From NCBI GenBank assembly GCA_049860595.1, contig CP187551.1: 64,000 nt of DNA. One strand, 5' to 3'. The notes under the pieces were generated by a model, which ran no database searches, was not told the DNA's origin, and worked only from the letters and a program-made list of their open reading frames with translations. The position numbers and the translations under genes were made by a program. Source of the DNA: Methanocaldococcus sp. 16A. Its GTDB lineage: Archaea; AGJL01; Methanococci; Methanococcales; Methanocaldococcaceae. Below, piece after piece: positions 23,035-35,752 of this stretch (position 1 is its first letter; every line of letters starts with the position of its first letter).

Positions 23035-24192
23035 TTAATAATATACTCTTTTAACCCTTTCTAAGGCATTTTTTGATAATCTATCCCTATCCATTGTATA
23101 AACTTCCATTTTTGGAATTATAACTCTAACTGCATCAACACCAACCTTATTTAAATCAACATATATTAATTTATCAAACCCAAATTCTGAGATTTTATCT
23201 TTTATAAATTCTAAATCCTTTTTTAAATCATATCTTGCATTGTTTGGCATATCTGCAATATTTATCTCTTCTTCAAATTCAAACCACTTTCTATGAATTC
23301 TTTTTAATCTCTCATAGGAGATTTTTGAAGTAAATTCTTTCCTCAACTTAGCATCTCTTCTAAATTCATGTAATTGGGAAGCTCTACTTTGAGCAACCTC
23401 AGTTAATGCCCTTAAAATAGCTATCTCTGGATGTAAATGGCATCCTACACCTATACACAGCATTAGAGGATTTTTACATGAATCGTCACTTATGGCAGCA
23501 ACAACTGGAATCTCAAACTCTGACGTTAAATCTTTCAAAATTACTTCAACTCCAGCTTTTTCAAACTTTTCAATTAACTCATGAATCAATGGATTTTTTG
23601 CATCTTCAGGATTAATCTTTTTTGGAATTCTTCTTGCTAAATCTGCTAAACTCCATGCATCCCTCTCAATAATCTCTAAAGTAGCATGTAAAATAGCTTC
23701 ATATAAATTGTTTCCACTTGCTAATCCATTGGTGTTTCCTCTAAACAATTTTCCATTTGTAGGATAAAAAACAGCTTCTGCTGGAACATCAACAACCTCA
23801 TCATTAATAATATCAATTCCTTCAACCCATTCTTTGACATTTTTATCTGCATATTGTGGCAATATTAAATCTTCAATGTTTATTGGATTATCTGCTTTTT
23901 CTTTAACTTTATTTTTATCATAACTTGCTGAAAATCTCTCTATTGCTTCCATGCATGCAGAGACCTTTGCTTGAATATCATTAGCCCCCTTTCCATAATG
24001 CACAGCCTCTCCTTCTTTCCCATCCACAACAACTCTTCTTTTTAAATAATAAACTGGAATTCCCAATTTATCTAAATGTTGTATATTTCCAATTTCTATT
24101 GTTTGTATCTTTTTTAATGCCTCTTGTATCTTTTCAAATGTCTCCTCTGGATTGCAAATCCTATAACTTGCTAATTTGTATGTTATATCCAT
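23035..24192 (-). CDS. ycaO: YcaO-family McrA glycine thioamidation protein
   Basis: [38 protein letters not shown]. Confidence 0.88.
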   Translation of the reverse strand: MDITYKLASYRICNPEETFEKIQEALKKIQTIEIGNIQHLDKLGIPVYYLKRRVVVDGKEGEAVHYGKGANDIQAKVSACMEAIERFSASYDKNKVKEKADNPINIEDLILPQYADKNVKEWVEGIDIINDEVVDVPAEAVFYPTNGKLFRGNTNGLASGNNLYEAILHATLEIIERDAWSLADLARRIPKKINPEDAKNPLIHELIEKFEKAGVEVILKDLTSEFEIPVVAAISDDSCKNPLMLCIGVGCHLHPEIAILRALTEVAQSRASQLHEFRRDAKLRKEFTSKISYERLKRIHRKWFEFEEEINIADMPNNARYDLKKDLEFIKDKISEFGFDKLIYVDLNKVGVDAVRVIIPKMEVYTMDRDRLSKNALERVKRVYY

Positions 24193-24278
24193 TTAACCTC
24201 AACCCCTTATTATTTATTTTATATTTATTTTATTTCTTTACTATATATTAATTACAAATATTACAACTTTATATAACT

Positions 24279-25547
24279 CTACTCTATTAAATCTATTAAC
24301 TGTATTGGTTTACTTAAATGCCTCCTTGCAGAGCCAGGCACTTCATAAAATCCAATCTTTATATCTCTCTCAACCTCTATCTTTTTGATTTCATTGTAAG
24401 CAATAGATTTTTTGCATTTTCTGCATTTATAACCAGCTTTTTTACCCTTTGCTTTTAATGTACCTCCACAATATGGACATATTTTATCCTTAACAAACTT
24501 TTTTTCCAATTTTAAGATTTTTATTTTTTCAATATTTATTCCTAATGGCTTTTCTCTTACAGTTCCATAAACTGCCACATAATCTCCAACTATTAACTTT
24601 CTTATAATATCCCTAAATCCTTTTGTTGGCTCATAAGCTACACAATCAATTTCTCCAGTTCCATCTGATAATTTAAATATTACATGCCCACCTTCTATAT
24701 CTTTTGGCATCTCTATTATTTTTCCATAAACAATAACTCCTGTATTTGGATAAATATCCTTAATATTCATTCTTCTTAGATGAATATCAGTTCCATGATT
24801 TGTTTTAAAAATCATAAATCTCTCTGGTTTTTCACCTTCAATCATGTTCATAGCTTTTAATAAAATCTCTGTATTAATACCTCTAATTCCAAATAAAACT
24901 GGGCATGGTGTGTTTGGTGTTATTAAAACCTTATTATTTTCGTAATCATAGTTGTCAAATGTGTAAGGGAATGTTTCTTTATCCATTTTTATAACACTAT
25001 TTTCATCAATTACTCTCTTCTTTCCCCACATCTCCTTCTTTCTGTAAGCTAAAAGCTCGTAGGTGTAAGGTGGAGTTGATGATATAGCTCCTAAAGCTCC
25101 AATTATTCCTCTACCCAATTTATATTTTATAAACTCCCCCCCAACCTTTAAGATGAATTTTTCAGCATAATCAACGCTAACTATATCATAAAGGACTTTT
25201 TTATAATAATGGATAAGTTTTTCTCTATTCTCTTTATATTTTATTTCATCTAAAAACACAATTCCAGGATTTGTATTCTCACATTCAAAATCAGTGTATT
25301 TTTCAACTAAACTAATGGTTATATTTTTAATCTCTTCCTTATCTTTTGAATATAGCTCATCTAAAACATGTATTGCTACTCCTCCATTACCTCTTGTTTT
25401 ATATTTAACCATTGGATTCATTCTAATGAGTTTTGGCATATCTACACTGTATCCATGGCTTTTTAACTCCTCTATTAATAAAGTTGCTATATATGTAGTG
25501 CAGTATTTGTTTGGGCTGTCTGTATCGTCAATTCCGATAAACATCAT
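24279..25547 (-). CDS. tiaS: tRNA(Ile2) agmatinylcytidine synthase
   Basis: IGIDDTDS, CTTY, KTRGNG, OB fold, CPYC/CRKC zinc ribbon, ARRHLSKP. Confidence 0.95.
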   Translation of the reverse strand: MMFIGIDDTDSPNKYCTTYIATLLIEELKSHGYSVDMPKLIRMNPMVKYKTRGNGGVAIHVLDELYSKDKEEIKNITISLVEKYTDFECENTNPGIVFLDEIKYKENREKLIHYYKKVLYDIVSVDYAEKFILKVGGEFIKYKLGRGIIGALGAISSTPPYTYELLAYRKKEMWGKKRVIDENSVIKMDKETFPYTFDNYDYENNKVLITPNTPCPVLFGIRGINTEILLKAMNMIEGEKPERFMIFKTNHGTDIHLRRMNIKDIYPNTGVIVYGKIIEMPKDIEGGHVIFKLSDGTGEIDCVAYEPTKGFRDIIRKLIVGDYVAVYGTVREKPLGINIEKIKILKLEKKFVKDKICPYCGGTLKAKGKKAGYKCRKCKKSIAYNEIKKIEVERDIKIGFYEVPGSARRHLSKPIQLIDLIE

Positions 25548-25710
25548 ACATCACCAATAAATTTCATAAACCAATATGGAATTATTCCATTACTCTCCTA
25601 AAGAAACACCTCTACTTTAGGCAAAGGGCTGTCGTGAAAATATTAATATTTATATATTTAATTCATACATCCAAATCTAAAATTCCAAAAACTTTTTATA
25701 ACATTCTTAA

Positions 25711-25823
25711 TATAGGACTTTCGCAGTTTATGTTATTCTTTTTTAAGGTATTTAGATGCCTTTGGGTCTCAATATTCATTATAAGATATTTATATAAGTA
25801 TTTATTCCTACGAAAGTCCTATA
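25711..25823. repeat. MJRE-like element, copy 2
   Basis: TATAGGACTTTCGCAG ... CTACGAAAGTCCTATA. Confidence 0.9.
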
Positions 25824-25868
25824 ATATTTCAATAACAACACCACAAAAAAGCTTAATAGGGGATAACT

Positions 25869-26552
25869 GTGTCAAATGAAGATTTAAAATTAAAAGTAGC
25901 TAAAGAAGCCGTAAAGTTAGTTAAAGATGGGATGGTTATTGGATTGGGAACTGGTTCAACAGCAGCTTTATTTATCAGAGAACTTGGGAATAGAATTCAA
26001 GAAGAGGAACTAACTGTATTTGGAATCCCTACATCATTTGAAGCCAAAATGTTGGCTATGCAATATGAAATACCATTGGTTACCTTAGATGAGTATGATG
26101 TAGATATTGCATTTGATGGCGCTGATGAAGTTGAAGAAAAGACTTTATTTTTAATAAAAGGTGGCGGAGGTTGTCATACTCAGGAGAAGATAGTAGATTA
26201 CAACGCAAATGAATTTGTAGTTTTAGTAGATGAAAGTAAATTAGTTAAAAAATTGGGAGAAAAGTTTCCAATACCTGTAGAGGTTTTACCTTCAGCGTAT
26301 AGAGTGGTAATTAGAGCTTTATCAGAAATGGGAGGAGAAGCTGTGATTAGATTGGGAGATAGAAAAAGAGGACCAGTTATAACAGACAATGGAAATATGA
26401 TTATAGATGTTTTTATGAAAAATATTAACGACCCTATAGAGCTTGAGAAAGAAATTAACAACATCCCCGGAGTAGTTGAAAATGGTATCTTTACAAAGGT
26501 GGATAAAGTATTAGTAGGGACAAAAAAAGGTGTAAAAACATTAAAACCATAG
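25869..26552 (+). CDS. rpiA: ribose-5-phosphate isomerase A
   Basis: GLGTGST, DGADEV, IKGGGG, TDNGN, IPGVVENG. Confidence 0.96.
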   Translation: MSNEDLKLKVAKEAVKLVKDGMVIGLGTGSTAALFIRELGNRIQEEELTVFGIPTSFEAKMLAMQYEIPLVTLDEYDVDIAFDGADEVEEKTLFLIKGGGGCHTQEKIVDYNANEFVVLVDESKLVKKLGEKFPIPVEVLPSAYRVVIRALSEMGGEAVIRLGDRKRGPVITDNGNMIIDVFMKNINDPIELEKEINNIPGVVENGIFTKVDKVLVGTKKGVKTLKP

Positions 26553-26607
26553 AACATTATTAACACAGGATGTATTTCGCTCGCTTGATAATACCTCTTT
26601 TCTTTAA

Positions 26608-26703
26608 AATAGGACTTTCGCAGTTTATATGCTTAATAAGGAAAAAATGATGCCTAAGGCATCGAATATACCTTAAAAAATTTATTCCTGCGAGAGTCCT
26701 ATT
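26608..26703. repeat. MJRE-like element, copy 3
   Basis: AATAGGACTTTCGCAG ... CTGCGAGAGTCCTATT, central GATGCCT-A-AGGCATC. Confidence 0.9.
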
Positions 26704-26711
26704 AAAGTATC

Positions 26712-29301
<2,590 letters not shown>

Positions 29302-29345
29302 ATTCCCCCCATAACCTCATTATTATTTTGTATTCATTAGTATGT

Positions 29346-30917
29346 TTATTTTAAATTCATATAATGATTGTAAATTGCCCCACCAAATAAACCTTTATAT
29401 TTTCTTATAGATGGAGAGTTCTGCCAACTTAAGTTTCTAAATACATGATAGTAGCAGTTTTTCATCATCATAGGGAGAGGGGCATTTTCATCATAAGGAT
29501 GCTTAGGGCATTTGTATCTTTCATACTGCATAAACATACATATTTCATTAAGTTTATAAAATGTCCAATTTAATGCATGCTCTACTCCCCAAATAAACCC
29601 CATCTTATCTGGAACTTTAAATAAAACGCCTGTTGCCTTATCAAAGTTTGAATGCTCATAAGGATTATGATATAAAGGAATTATAGTGTCTTTTAAACCC
29701 CCAGTTTCTGTAGCTATAACCGGAGTGCAATAGGCCATAGCCTCCATCTGCACTAGACCACACGGCTCCCAATATGAAGGCATAACCATCCAATCACTTC
29801 CCGCAAATACTAAAGAAGACAATGGAAGGCAATATCCAATTAAAGCTAAAATCTTTCCATCATATTCATTAGCAAGATTTTTTAGTTTGTCTTCAATATC
29901 TTTCTCTCCCTTTGTTAAAAACACAAATCTTATATCATATTTCTCTAAAAGTTCTGGGATTGCTTCAAACATCGTGTTAAATCCTTTCTGATATGTGGCT
30001 CTTCCAACGAACCCAATCAATGGAGTTTCTATATCTCCTTTTAATCCCCCATATACTTCAACTTCAGTAGCTGAAATTCCTCTATCTATTATTTTATTCC
30101 AATCCTCAACATATTCATAAACTCCCCCCTTATAAAACCATGAATATTTTATTTTTGGCTTTATATTATAAGCATCTTCAGCTAAGTATGGAGAGATATA
30201 GGCATAGTTTCTTGGGTCGAGTTTGTTATTTGAGAGGATTATCATCCTATCCATTATTTTCATAGGGTCGTATTCATCAATGTCAATACCATTTAAAATT
30301 CCAACAAAGGGTTTATTATCCAAATATTTCTTTATATATTGGCAGTTTTTTATCTCTTCAGCATGTGTAGGGCTTACAGTATTAACGGCATCGGCATATT
30401 TTATTCCCAACTCTAAAAAAGTCAAAACTTCTCCTTTATACTCAACAACCTCCCCCTTAAATGCTTCATTATGTATAGTTAGAGTAGTGGGCAAATCTAA
30501 GATATCTTTACATTTGGCTATAGCTAAACCACACATCCAATCATGTCCAGATACAACATCAACATCTTTAATATCATCCAAATAACTAACAATCAAGTCA
30601 GCAAAAATTTCATACTTAATAGCATCCCAAACATTTAAATTATTAACGCTTTCATTACTAAATACAATTAAATCAACTCCTGTTGTCGGATGTTTTGTTT
30701 TTAAAATATCAAATTTAATCTTAGAACCCTTATAAACAACAGTTATTTTTTTAATAACTTCATGGGGAAGATTATTGTATCTATTATAATGGTTAAGGGT
30801 TAAAACTAAAACATCATTATCTTTTTTTAAAAATTGTGGCAAATCTCTCATTACATCCCCTAACCCTCCATAAGAAACAATAGGAGTTATCGTTGGAGCA
30901 AGAATAGCTATTTTCAT
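29346..30917 (-). CDS. glgA: glycogen synthase
   Basis: GGLGDV, HDW, GILNGID, GR..QKG, MPSYWEPCGLVQMEAM, TGGLKDT. Confidence 0.9.
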   Translation of the reverse strand: MKIAILAPTITPIVSYGGLGDVMRDLPQFLKKDNDVLVLTLNHYNRYNNLPHEVIKKITVVYKGSKIKFDILKTKHPTTGVDLIVFSNESVNNLNVWDAIKYEIFADLIVSYLDDIKDVDVVSGHDWMCGLAIAKCKDILDLPTTLTIHNEAFKGEVVEYKGEVLTFLELGIKYADAVNTVSPTHAEEIKNCQYIKKYLDNKPFVGILNGIDIDEYDPMKIMDRMIILSNNKLDPRNYAYISPYLAEDAYNIKPKIKYSWFYKGGVYEYVEDWNKIIDRGISATEVEVYGGLKGDIETPLIGFVGRATYQKGFNTMFEAIPELLEKYDIRFVFLTKGEKDIEDKLKNLANEYDGKILALIGYCLPLSSLVFAGSDWMVMPSYWEPCGLVQMEAMAYCTPVIATETGGLKDTIIPLYHNPYEHSNFDKATGVLFKVPDKMGFIWGVEHALNWTFYKLNEICMFMQYERYKCPKHPYDENAPLPMMMKNCYYHVFRNLSWQNSPSIRKYKGLFGGAIYNHYMNLK

Positions 30918-31016
30918 AGTTATCACAATGTTTTTATATTATTATTGTTATATTTATAATTTAAAGTATTATTAAAAGATTTATATAAACCTTACCACAA
31001 ACCTTATGATGATATT

Positions 31017-32189
31017 ATGAAAATTGCTATGATAACATGGGAATATCCTCCAAGAATAATAGGAGGTTTAGCTATTCATTGTAAAGGCTTAGCAGAGGGT
31101 TTAGTTAGAAATGGGCATGAAGTGGATGTTATATCTGTTGGTTACGATTTACCTGATTATGAAAATATAAATGGAGTAAATGTCTATAGAGTCAAACCAA
31201 TAGCTCATCCACATTTTTTAACTTGGGCAATATTTATGGCTGAAGAAATGGAAAAGAAGTTAGGAATCTTAGGAATTGATAATTATGATGTTATCCACTG
31301 TCATGATTGGATGACACATTTTGTAGGGGCTAATTTAAAGCATTCATGTAAAATGCCGTATGTTCAGTCAATACACAGCACAGAGATTGGGAGATGTGGG
31401 GGATTGTATTCAGATGACTCAAAAGCTATACATACAATAGAATATCTTTCAACCTATGAATCATGCCAAGTAATAACTGTAAGTCATTCTTTAAAGGAAG
31501 AAATCTGCTCAACATTTAATACTCCAGAAGATAAAGTTAAAGTAATTTATAACGGCATAAATCCATGGGAATTTGATATTAATTTTAGTTGGGAAGAGAT
31601 ATTAAATTTTAGGAGAAGTATAGGAGTTGATGATAATGAAAAAATGATTTTGTTTGTTGGAAGATTAACATATCAAAAAGGAGTTGAGTATTTAATAAGA
31701 GCAATGCCTAAAATTCTTCAAAAGTATAATGCAAAGTTAGTTATAGCCGGAAATGGAGATATGATAAATTATTTAGAAGATTTATGCTATCAATTGGGTA
31801 TTAGGCATAAAGTAGTTTTTTTAGGATTTGTTGATGGAAATATGTTAAAAAAACTCTATAAATCAGCAGATGTTGTTGTAATTCCATCAGTTTATGAGCC
31901 CTTTGGAATTGTTGCCTTAGAGGCGATGGCTGCTGGCACACCTGTGGTTGTTAGCTCGGTTGGAGGGTTGATGGAAATTATAAAGCATGAGGTCAATGGT
32001 GTTTGGGTTTATCCAAAAAATCCAGACTCAATTGCTTGGGGTGTTGATAGGGTTTTATCAGATTTTAGTTTTAGAGAGTATATAGTTAATAATGCCAAAA
32101 AAGATGTCTATGAAAAATATAACTGGGACAATATAGCTAAAGAGACAATAAATGTTTATAAAATAGCTATGGAAATGATGGGAAAATAA
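31017..32189 (+). CDS. glycosyltransferase family 4
   Basis: WEYPP..GGL, HCHDW, PSVYEPFGIVALEAM. Confidence 0.9.
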   Translation: MKIAMITWEYPPRIIGGLAIHCKGLAEGLVRNGHEVDVISVGYDLPDYENINGVNVYRVKPIAHPHFLTWAIFMAEEMEKKLGILGIDNYDVIHCHDWMTHFVGANLKHSCKMPYVQSIHSTEIGRCGGLYSDDSKAIHTIEYLSTYESCQVITVSHSLKEEICSTFNTPEDKVKVIYNGINPWEFDINFSWEEILNFRRSIGVDDNEKMILFVGRLTYQKGVEYLIRAMPKILQKYNAKLVIAGNGDMINYLEDLCYQLGIRHKVVFLGFVDGNMLKKLYKSADVVVIPSVYEPFGIVALEAMAAGTPVVVSSVGGLMEIIKHEVNGVWVYPKNPDSIAWGVDRVLSDFSFREYIVNNAKKDVYEKYNWDNIAKETINVYKIAMEMMGK

Positions 32190-32202
32190 CCAAGGTGATA
32201 AA

Positions 32203-32415
32203 ATGCAAGATATGTGGGGAAAAATTGGTGAAACTGCTGGAAGAATCTACCATTTATTAGAAAAAGGGGAAAAGAGCTTATCTCAAATAGAAAAAACTCT
32301 TAAAAAAGAAGGTTATAATTCCAATATTGTGAAAATGGCTATTGGATGGTTAGCAAGAGAAGACAAAATATCTATATTGAAAGATGAGAAAAAGTGGGTT
32401 ATTAAACTGAAATAA
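32203..32415 (+). CDS. small winged-helix protein (DUF2582-like)
   Basis: IGETAGRIY ... MAIGWLAREDKI; SD GGTGA. Confidence 0.85.
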   Translation: MQDMWGKIGETAGRIYHLLEKGEKSLSQIEKTLKKEGYNSNIVKMAIGWLAREDKISILKDEKKWVIKLK

Positions 32416-32449
32416 AAACCTTAACTTTATTTTTAATAGCGTGATTTAT

Positions 32450-34288
32450 ATGAGTGGAGTTGTTGGAAATAACAGTTTATTAGCTAAAATTGGAGATTAT
32501 GGAGAAATTAGCTACATTTTTTATCCACATGTGGGTTATGAAACTCACTTCTTTGACTCTGCATTAGCCATTTATGATAAAAAGGTAAAATGGCATTGGG
32601 ATGATGATTGGGACATATCTCAAAAATATATTGAAGGCACGAATATATTCAAAACCATATTAGAAGATGATAAAATTATATTGACAATTAAAGACTTTGT
32701 TCCTGTTTCTCATAATGTAATCATTAGAAGATTACATATAAAAAATAAACTTGATAAAAAATTGAATTTTAAATTATTTTTTTATGAAAGTTTGAGAATT
32801 GGTGAAAATCCTTCAGAAAATACTGTAAGATTTTTAGAAGATGGATGTATTGTTAAGTATGATGAAAAATACGTTTTTTGTATAGGAAGTGATAAAAAGA
32901 TAGATTCATTCCAGTGTGGAAATAGATACAGCAAAAATAGTGCATATATAGATATTGAAAATGGAATACTAATGGAGCATAAAGAAAGCTATGGATTAAT
33001 GACTGATAGTGCCATATCGTGGAATATAGAAATTGATGAGAAAAGAAGTTTGGCATTCAACATCTATATTCTTCCACAAAAATTTGATGGAAACTTTGAG
33101 ATAATTACTGAACAACTAAAGATTATAATGAACAACAATGAGCATATTAAAAATCTCTCAATGAATTATTGGAAAAATATTATAGGAGACATAAAAAGAT
33201 TTATTCATCCTGAATTTAGCTCAAATAAAGATATTCTTTCTATAGCCAAAAGGGCATTAATGACTCTCTTAATGTTATGTGATAAAAATGGGGGAATTAT
33301 TGCTGCTCCTTCTTTGCATCCCGATTATAGGTACGTATGGGGGAGAGATGGAAGTTACATAGCAATTGCATTAGATTTATTTGGAATTAGAGGAATTCCA
33401 GTAAGATTTTTTGAATTCATGACTAAAATTCAAAATGCTGATGGTTCATGGCTACAAAACTATTATGTTAATGGAAAACCAAGATTAACTGCTATGCAAA
33501 TAGACCAAGTAGGCTCTGTGTTGTGGGCTATGGATGTGCATTATAGATTAAGTGGAGATAGAAAATTTGTTAAGAGATACTGGGATACTATTGAAAAGGC
33601 TGGAAATTATTTAAATTTGGCTGCTTTAAACTTCACGCCATGCTTTGATTTATGGGAAGAAAAATTTGGAGTTTTTGCATATACGATGGGAGCTATCTAC
33701 GCTGGGTTGAAATGTGCTTATAGCATGAGTAAGGCTGTTGATAAAATAGATAAAGTTAAACATTGGGAAAAGACACTTGAATTCTTAAAATCAGAAACTT
33801 CAAAGAGATTTTATTTAGAAGAGGAAGGTAGATTTATTAAATCAATAAATCCATTAAATAGGGAGATAGATACAAGCATTTTGGGTTTAAGTTATCCTTT
33901 CAATTTAATTGATATTGATGATGAAAGGATGATAAAAACAGCTAATGCTATTGAAAAGGCATTTAAATACAAAGTGGGGGGAATTGGGAGGTATCCAGGA
34001 GATATATACTTTGGAGGTAATCCATGGATTATAACCACACTGTGGCTTTCTCTATATTATAGAAAGTTATCTAAAGTTTTAAAAGAGAAAAATGATGATA
34101 GGGCAGATATATATTTACAAAAATCTAAAAAATTATTTGATTGGGCAGTTAAATATAGTTTTAATGGTTTGTTTCCAGAACAGATACATAAGGACCTCGG
34201 TATTCCAATGTCTGCAATGCCTCTGGGATGGAGCAATGCAATGTTTCTTATCTATATATATGAAAATGATGATATTATAATACCATAA
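32450..34288 (+). CDS. glucoamylase (GH15)
   Basis: YRYVWGRD, DLWEE, GIGRY..D.Y, PLGWSNA. Confidence 0.92.
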   Translation: MSGVVGNNSLLAKIGDYGEISYIFYPHVGYETHFFDSALAIYDKKVKWHWDDDWDISQKYIEGTNIFKTILEDDKIILTIKDFVPVSHNVIIRRLHIKNKLDKKLNFKLFFYESLRIGENPSENTVRFLEDGCIVKYDEKYVFCIGSDKKIDSFQCGNRYSKNSAYIDIENGILMEHKESYGLMTDSAISWNIEIDEKRSLAFNIYILPQKFDGNFEIITEQLKIIMNNNEHIKNLSMNYWKNIIGDIKRFIHPEFSSNKDILSIAKRALMTLLMLCDKNGGIIAAPSLHPDYRYVWGRDGSYIAIALDLFGIRGIPVRFFEFMTKIQNADGSWLQNYYVNGKPRLTAMQIDQVGSVLWAMDVHYRLSGDRKFVKRYWDTIEKAGNYLNLAALNFTPCFDLWEEKFGVFAYTMGAIYAGLKCAYSMSKAVDKIDKVKHWEKTLEFLKSETSKRFYLEEEGRFIKSINPLNREIDTSILGLSYPFNLIDIDDERMIKTANAIEKAFKYKVGGIGRYPGDIYFGGNPWIITTLWLSLYYRKLSKVLKEKNDDRADIYLQKSKKLFDWAVKYSFNGLFPEQIHKDLGIPMSAMPLGWSNAMFLIYIYENDDIIIP

Positions 34289-34319
34289 AAATATATGCAA
34301 AATTTTGTGATGTGATAGC

Positions 34320-35744
34320 ATGTTAATAACATTTAATTTTGAAGTTCATCAGCCACATAGATTAAATAAAGATATTAACATGAAAAGAACATTATGGGAA
34401 AAATATGTGGATACAAAATTAAATAAAGAAATTTTTAATAAGGTTGCTAATAAATGCTACATTCCAGCAAATGAACTAATGTTAGAGCTTATTGATGAAT
34501 ATGATTTTAAAGTAAATTATTCAATTACAGGAATTTTTATAGAACAGGCACTAGAATTTAATGATTACGTGTTAGATTTATTCAAAGATTTGGTAAAAAC
34601 TGGAAATGTAGAACTTATTGCTGAAACTTATCATCACTCATTATCAAGTTTGTTTGAAAGTGAAGAAGAGTTTATTGAAGATATTGAGATGCATAGGAAA
34701 CTATACAAAGATGTGTTTAGTTTTAAAGCTAAGGTATTTAGAAATACTGAGCTAATATACAATAATAGAATCGCAAAAATAGCTAAAGATTTAGGTTTTA
34801 AAGCTATATTTACAGAGGGAATAGAAAAAATTTTGGGTTGGAGAAGTCCAAACTATTTATATCAATCGCCAGATGGTATGAAGATTTTGCTGAGGAATTA
34901 TAGGTTGAGTGATGATATTGGTTTTAGATTTTCAGCAAGAGATTGGAATGAATATCCATTAACGGCTGATAAATATGCTACATGGTTAGCATCAACACCT
35001 GGGGAAGTTATAAACATTTATATGGACTATGAGACATTTGGAGAGCATCACTGGAAAGAAACTGGGATATTTGAATTTTTAAGATATTTGCCTATAGAGA
35101 TAGCTAAGCATGAGCATTTAGAGGTTGTTAATGTTAGTGAAGTTGTTGAGAGATTAAAGCCGAGAGGAGAAATTTATGTGCATGAATTCTCTACAATATC
35201 TTGGGCAGATACTGAAAGAGATGTAAGTGCATGGTTAGGAAATAAGATGCAGAGGATATCTTTTGAAAAATTAAAGGATATTGGAAAATTTATAAAAGAA
35301 AATAAAAATAAATTAAAGAAATTAGGAAAATTTGATGAAATTTATAAGATATACAAAGTTCTACAAACAAGTGACAACTTCTATTATCAATGCACTAAAG
35401 GTTTTGGAGACATGGATGTTCATAATTATTTCAGTCACTTTGACATACCTTTTGATGCGTATGCAAGTTATTTAAACATTTTATATGATTTTGAATATCA
35501 TATAAAGGAAATGTTAATTAAATTAGAAATTAACAAAGAAGGTATTGACAAAAACACCAATACCAACAATCAGAAAGAAAAAGATACAAAAAATATAACT
35601 GAAGAAAATTCAATAAAACCATCCATCATAATAGCAAACGATGATATAAAGGATACAGAAAGTATTTATAACCAAGATAAAAAAGAAGATAAAGATAAAA
35701 ATGATAAAAAACATGATGCATTTGGAGGATTTATAATTGTGTGA
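34320..35744 (+). CDS. amyA: alpha-amylase (GH57)
   Basis: FEVHQP, ETYHHS, RNTEL, DYETFGEH, SWAD. Confidence 0.9.
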   Translation: MLITFNFEVHQPHRLNKDINMKRTLWEKYVDTKLNKEIFNKVANKCYIPANELMLELIDEYDFKVNYSITGIFIEQALEFNDYVLDLFKDLVKTGNVELIAETYHHSLSSLFESEEEFIEDIEMHRKLYKDVFSFKAKVFRNTELIYNNRIAKIAKDLGFKAIFTEGIEKILGWRSPNYLYQSPDGMKILLRNYRLSDDIGFRFSARDWNEYPLTADKYATWLASTPGEVINIYMDYETFGEHHWKETGIFEFLRYLPIEIAKHEHLEVVNVSEVVERLKPRGEIYVHEFSTISWADTERDVSAWLGNKMQRISFEKLKDIGKFIKENKNKLKKLGKFDEIYKIYKVLQTSDNFYYQCTKGFGDMDVHNYFSHFDIPFDAYASYLNILYDFEYHIKEMLIKLEINKEGIDKNTNTNNQKEKDTKNITEENSIKPSIIIANDDIKDTESIYNQDKKEDKDKNDKKHDAFGGFIIV

Positions 35745-35752
35745 GGGAGAGA

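Noticed and set aside
25634-25879. 81-aa ORF upstream of rpiA
   Set aside because: Runs through repeat copy 2, no recognisable motif or RBS.
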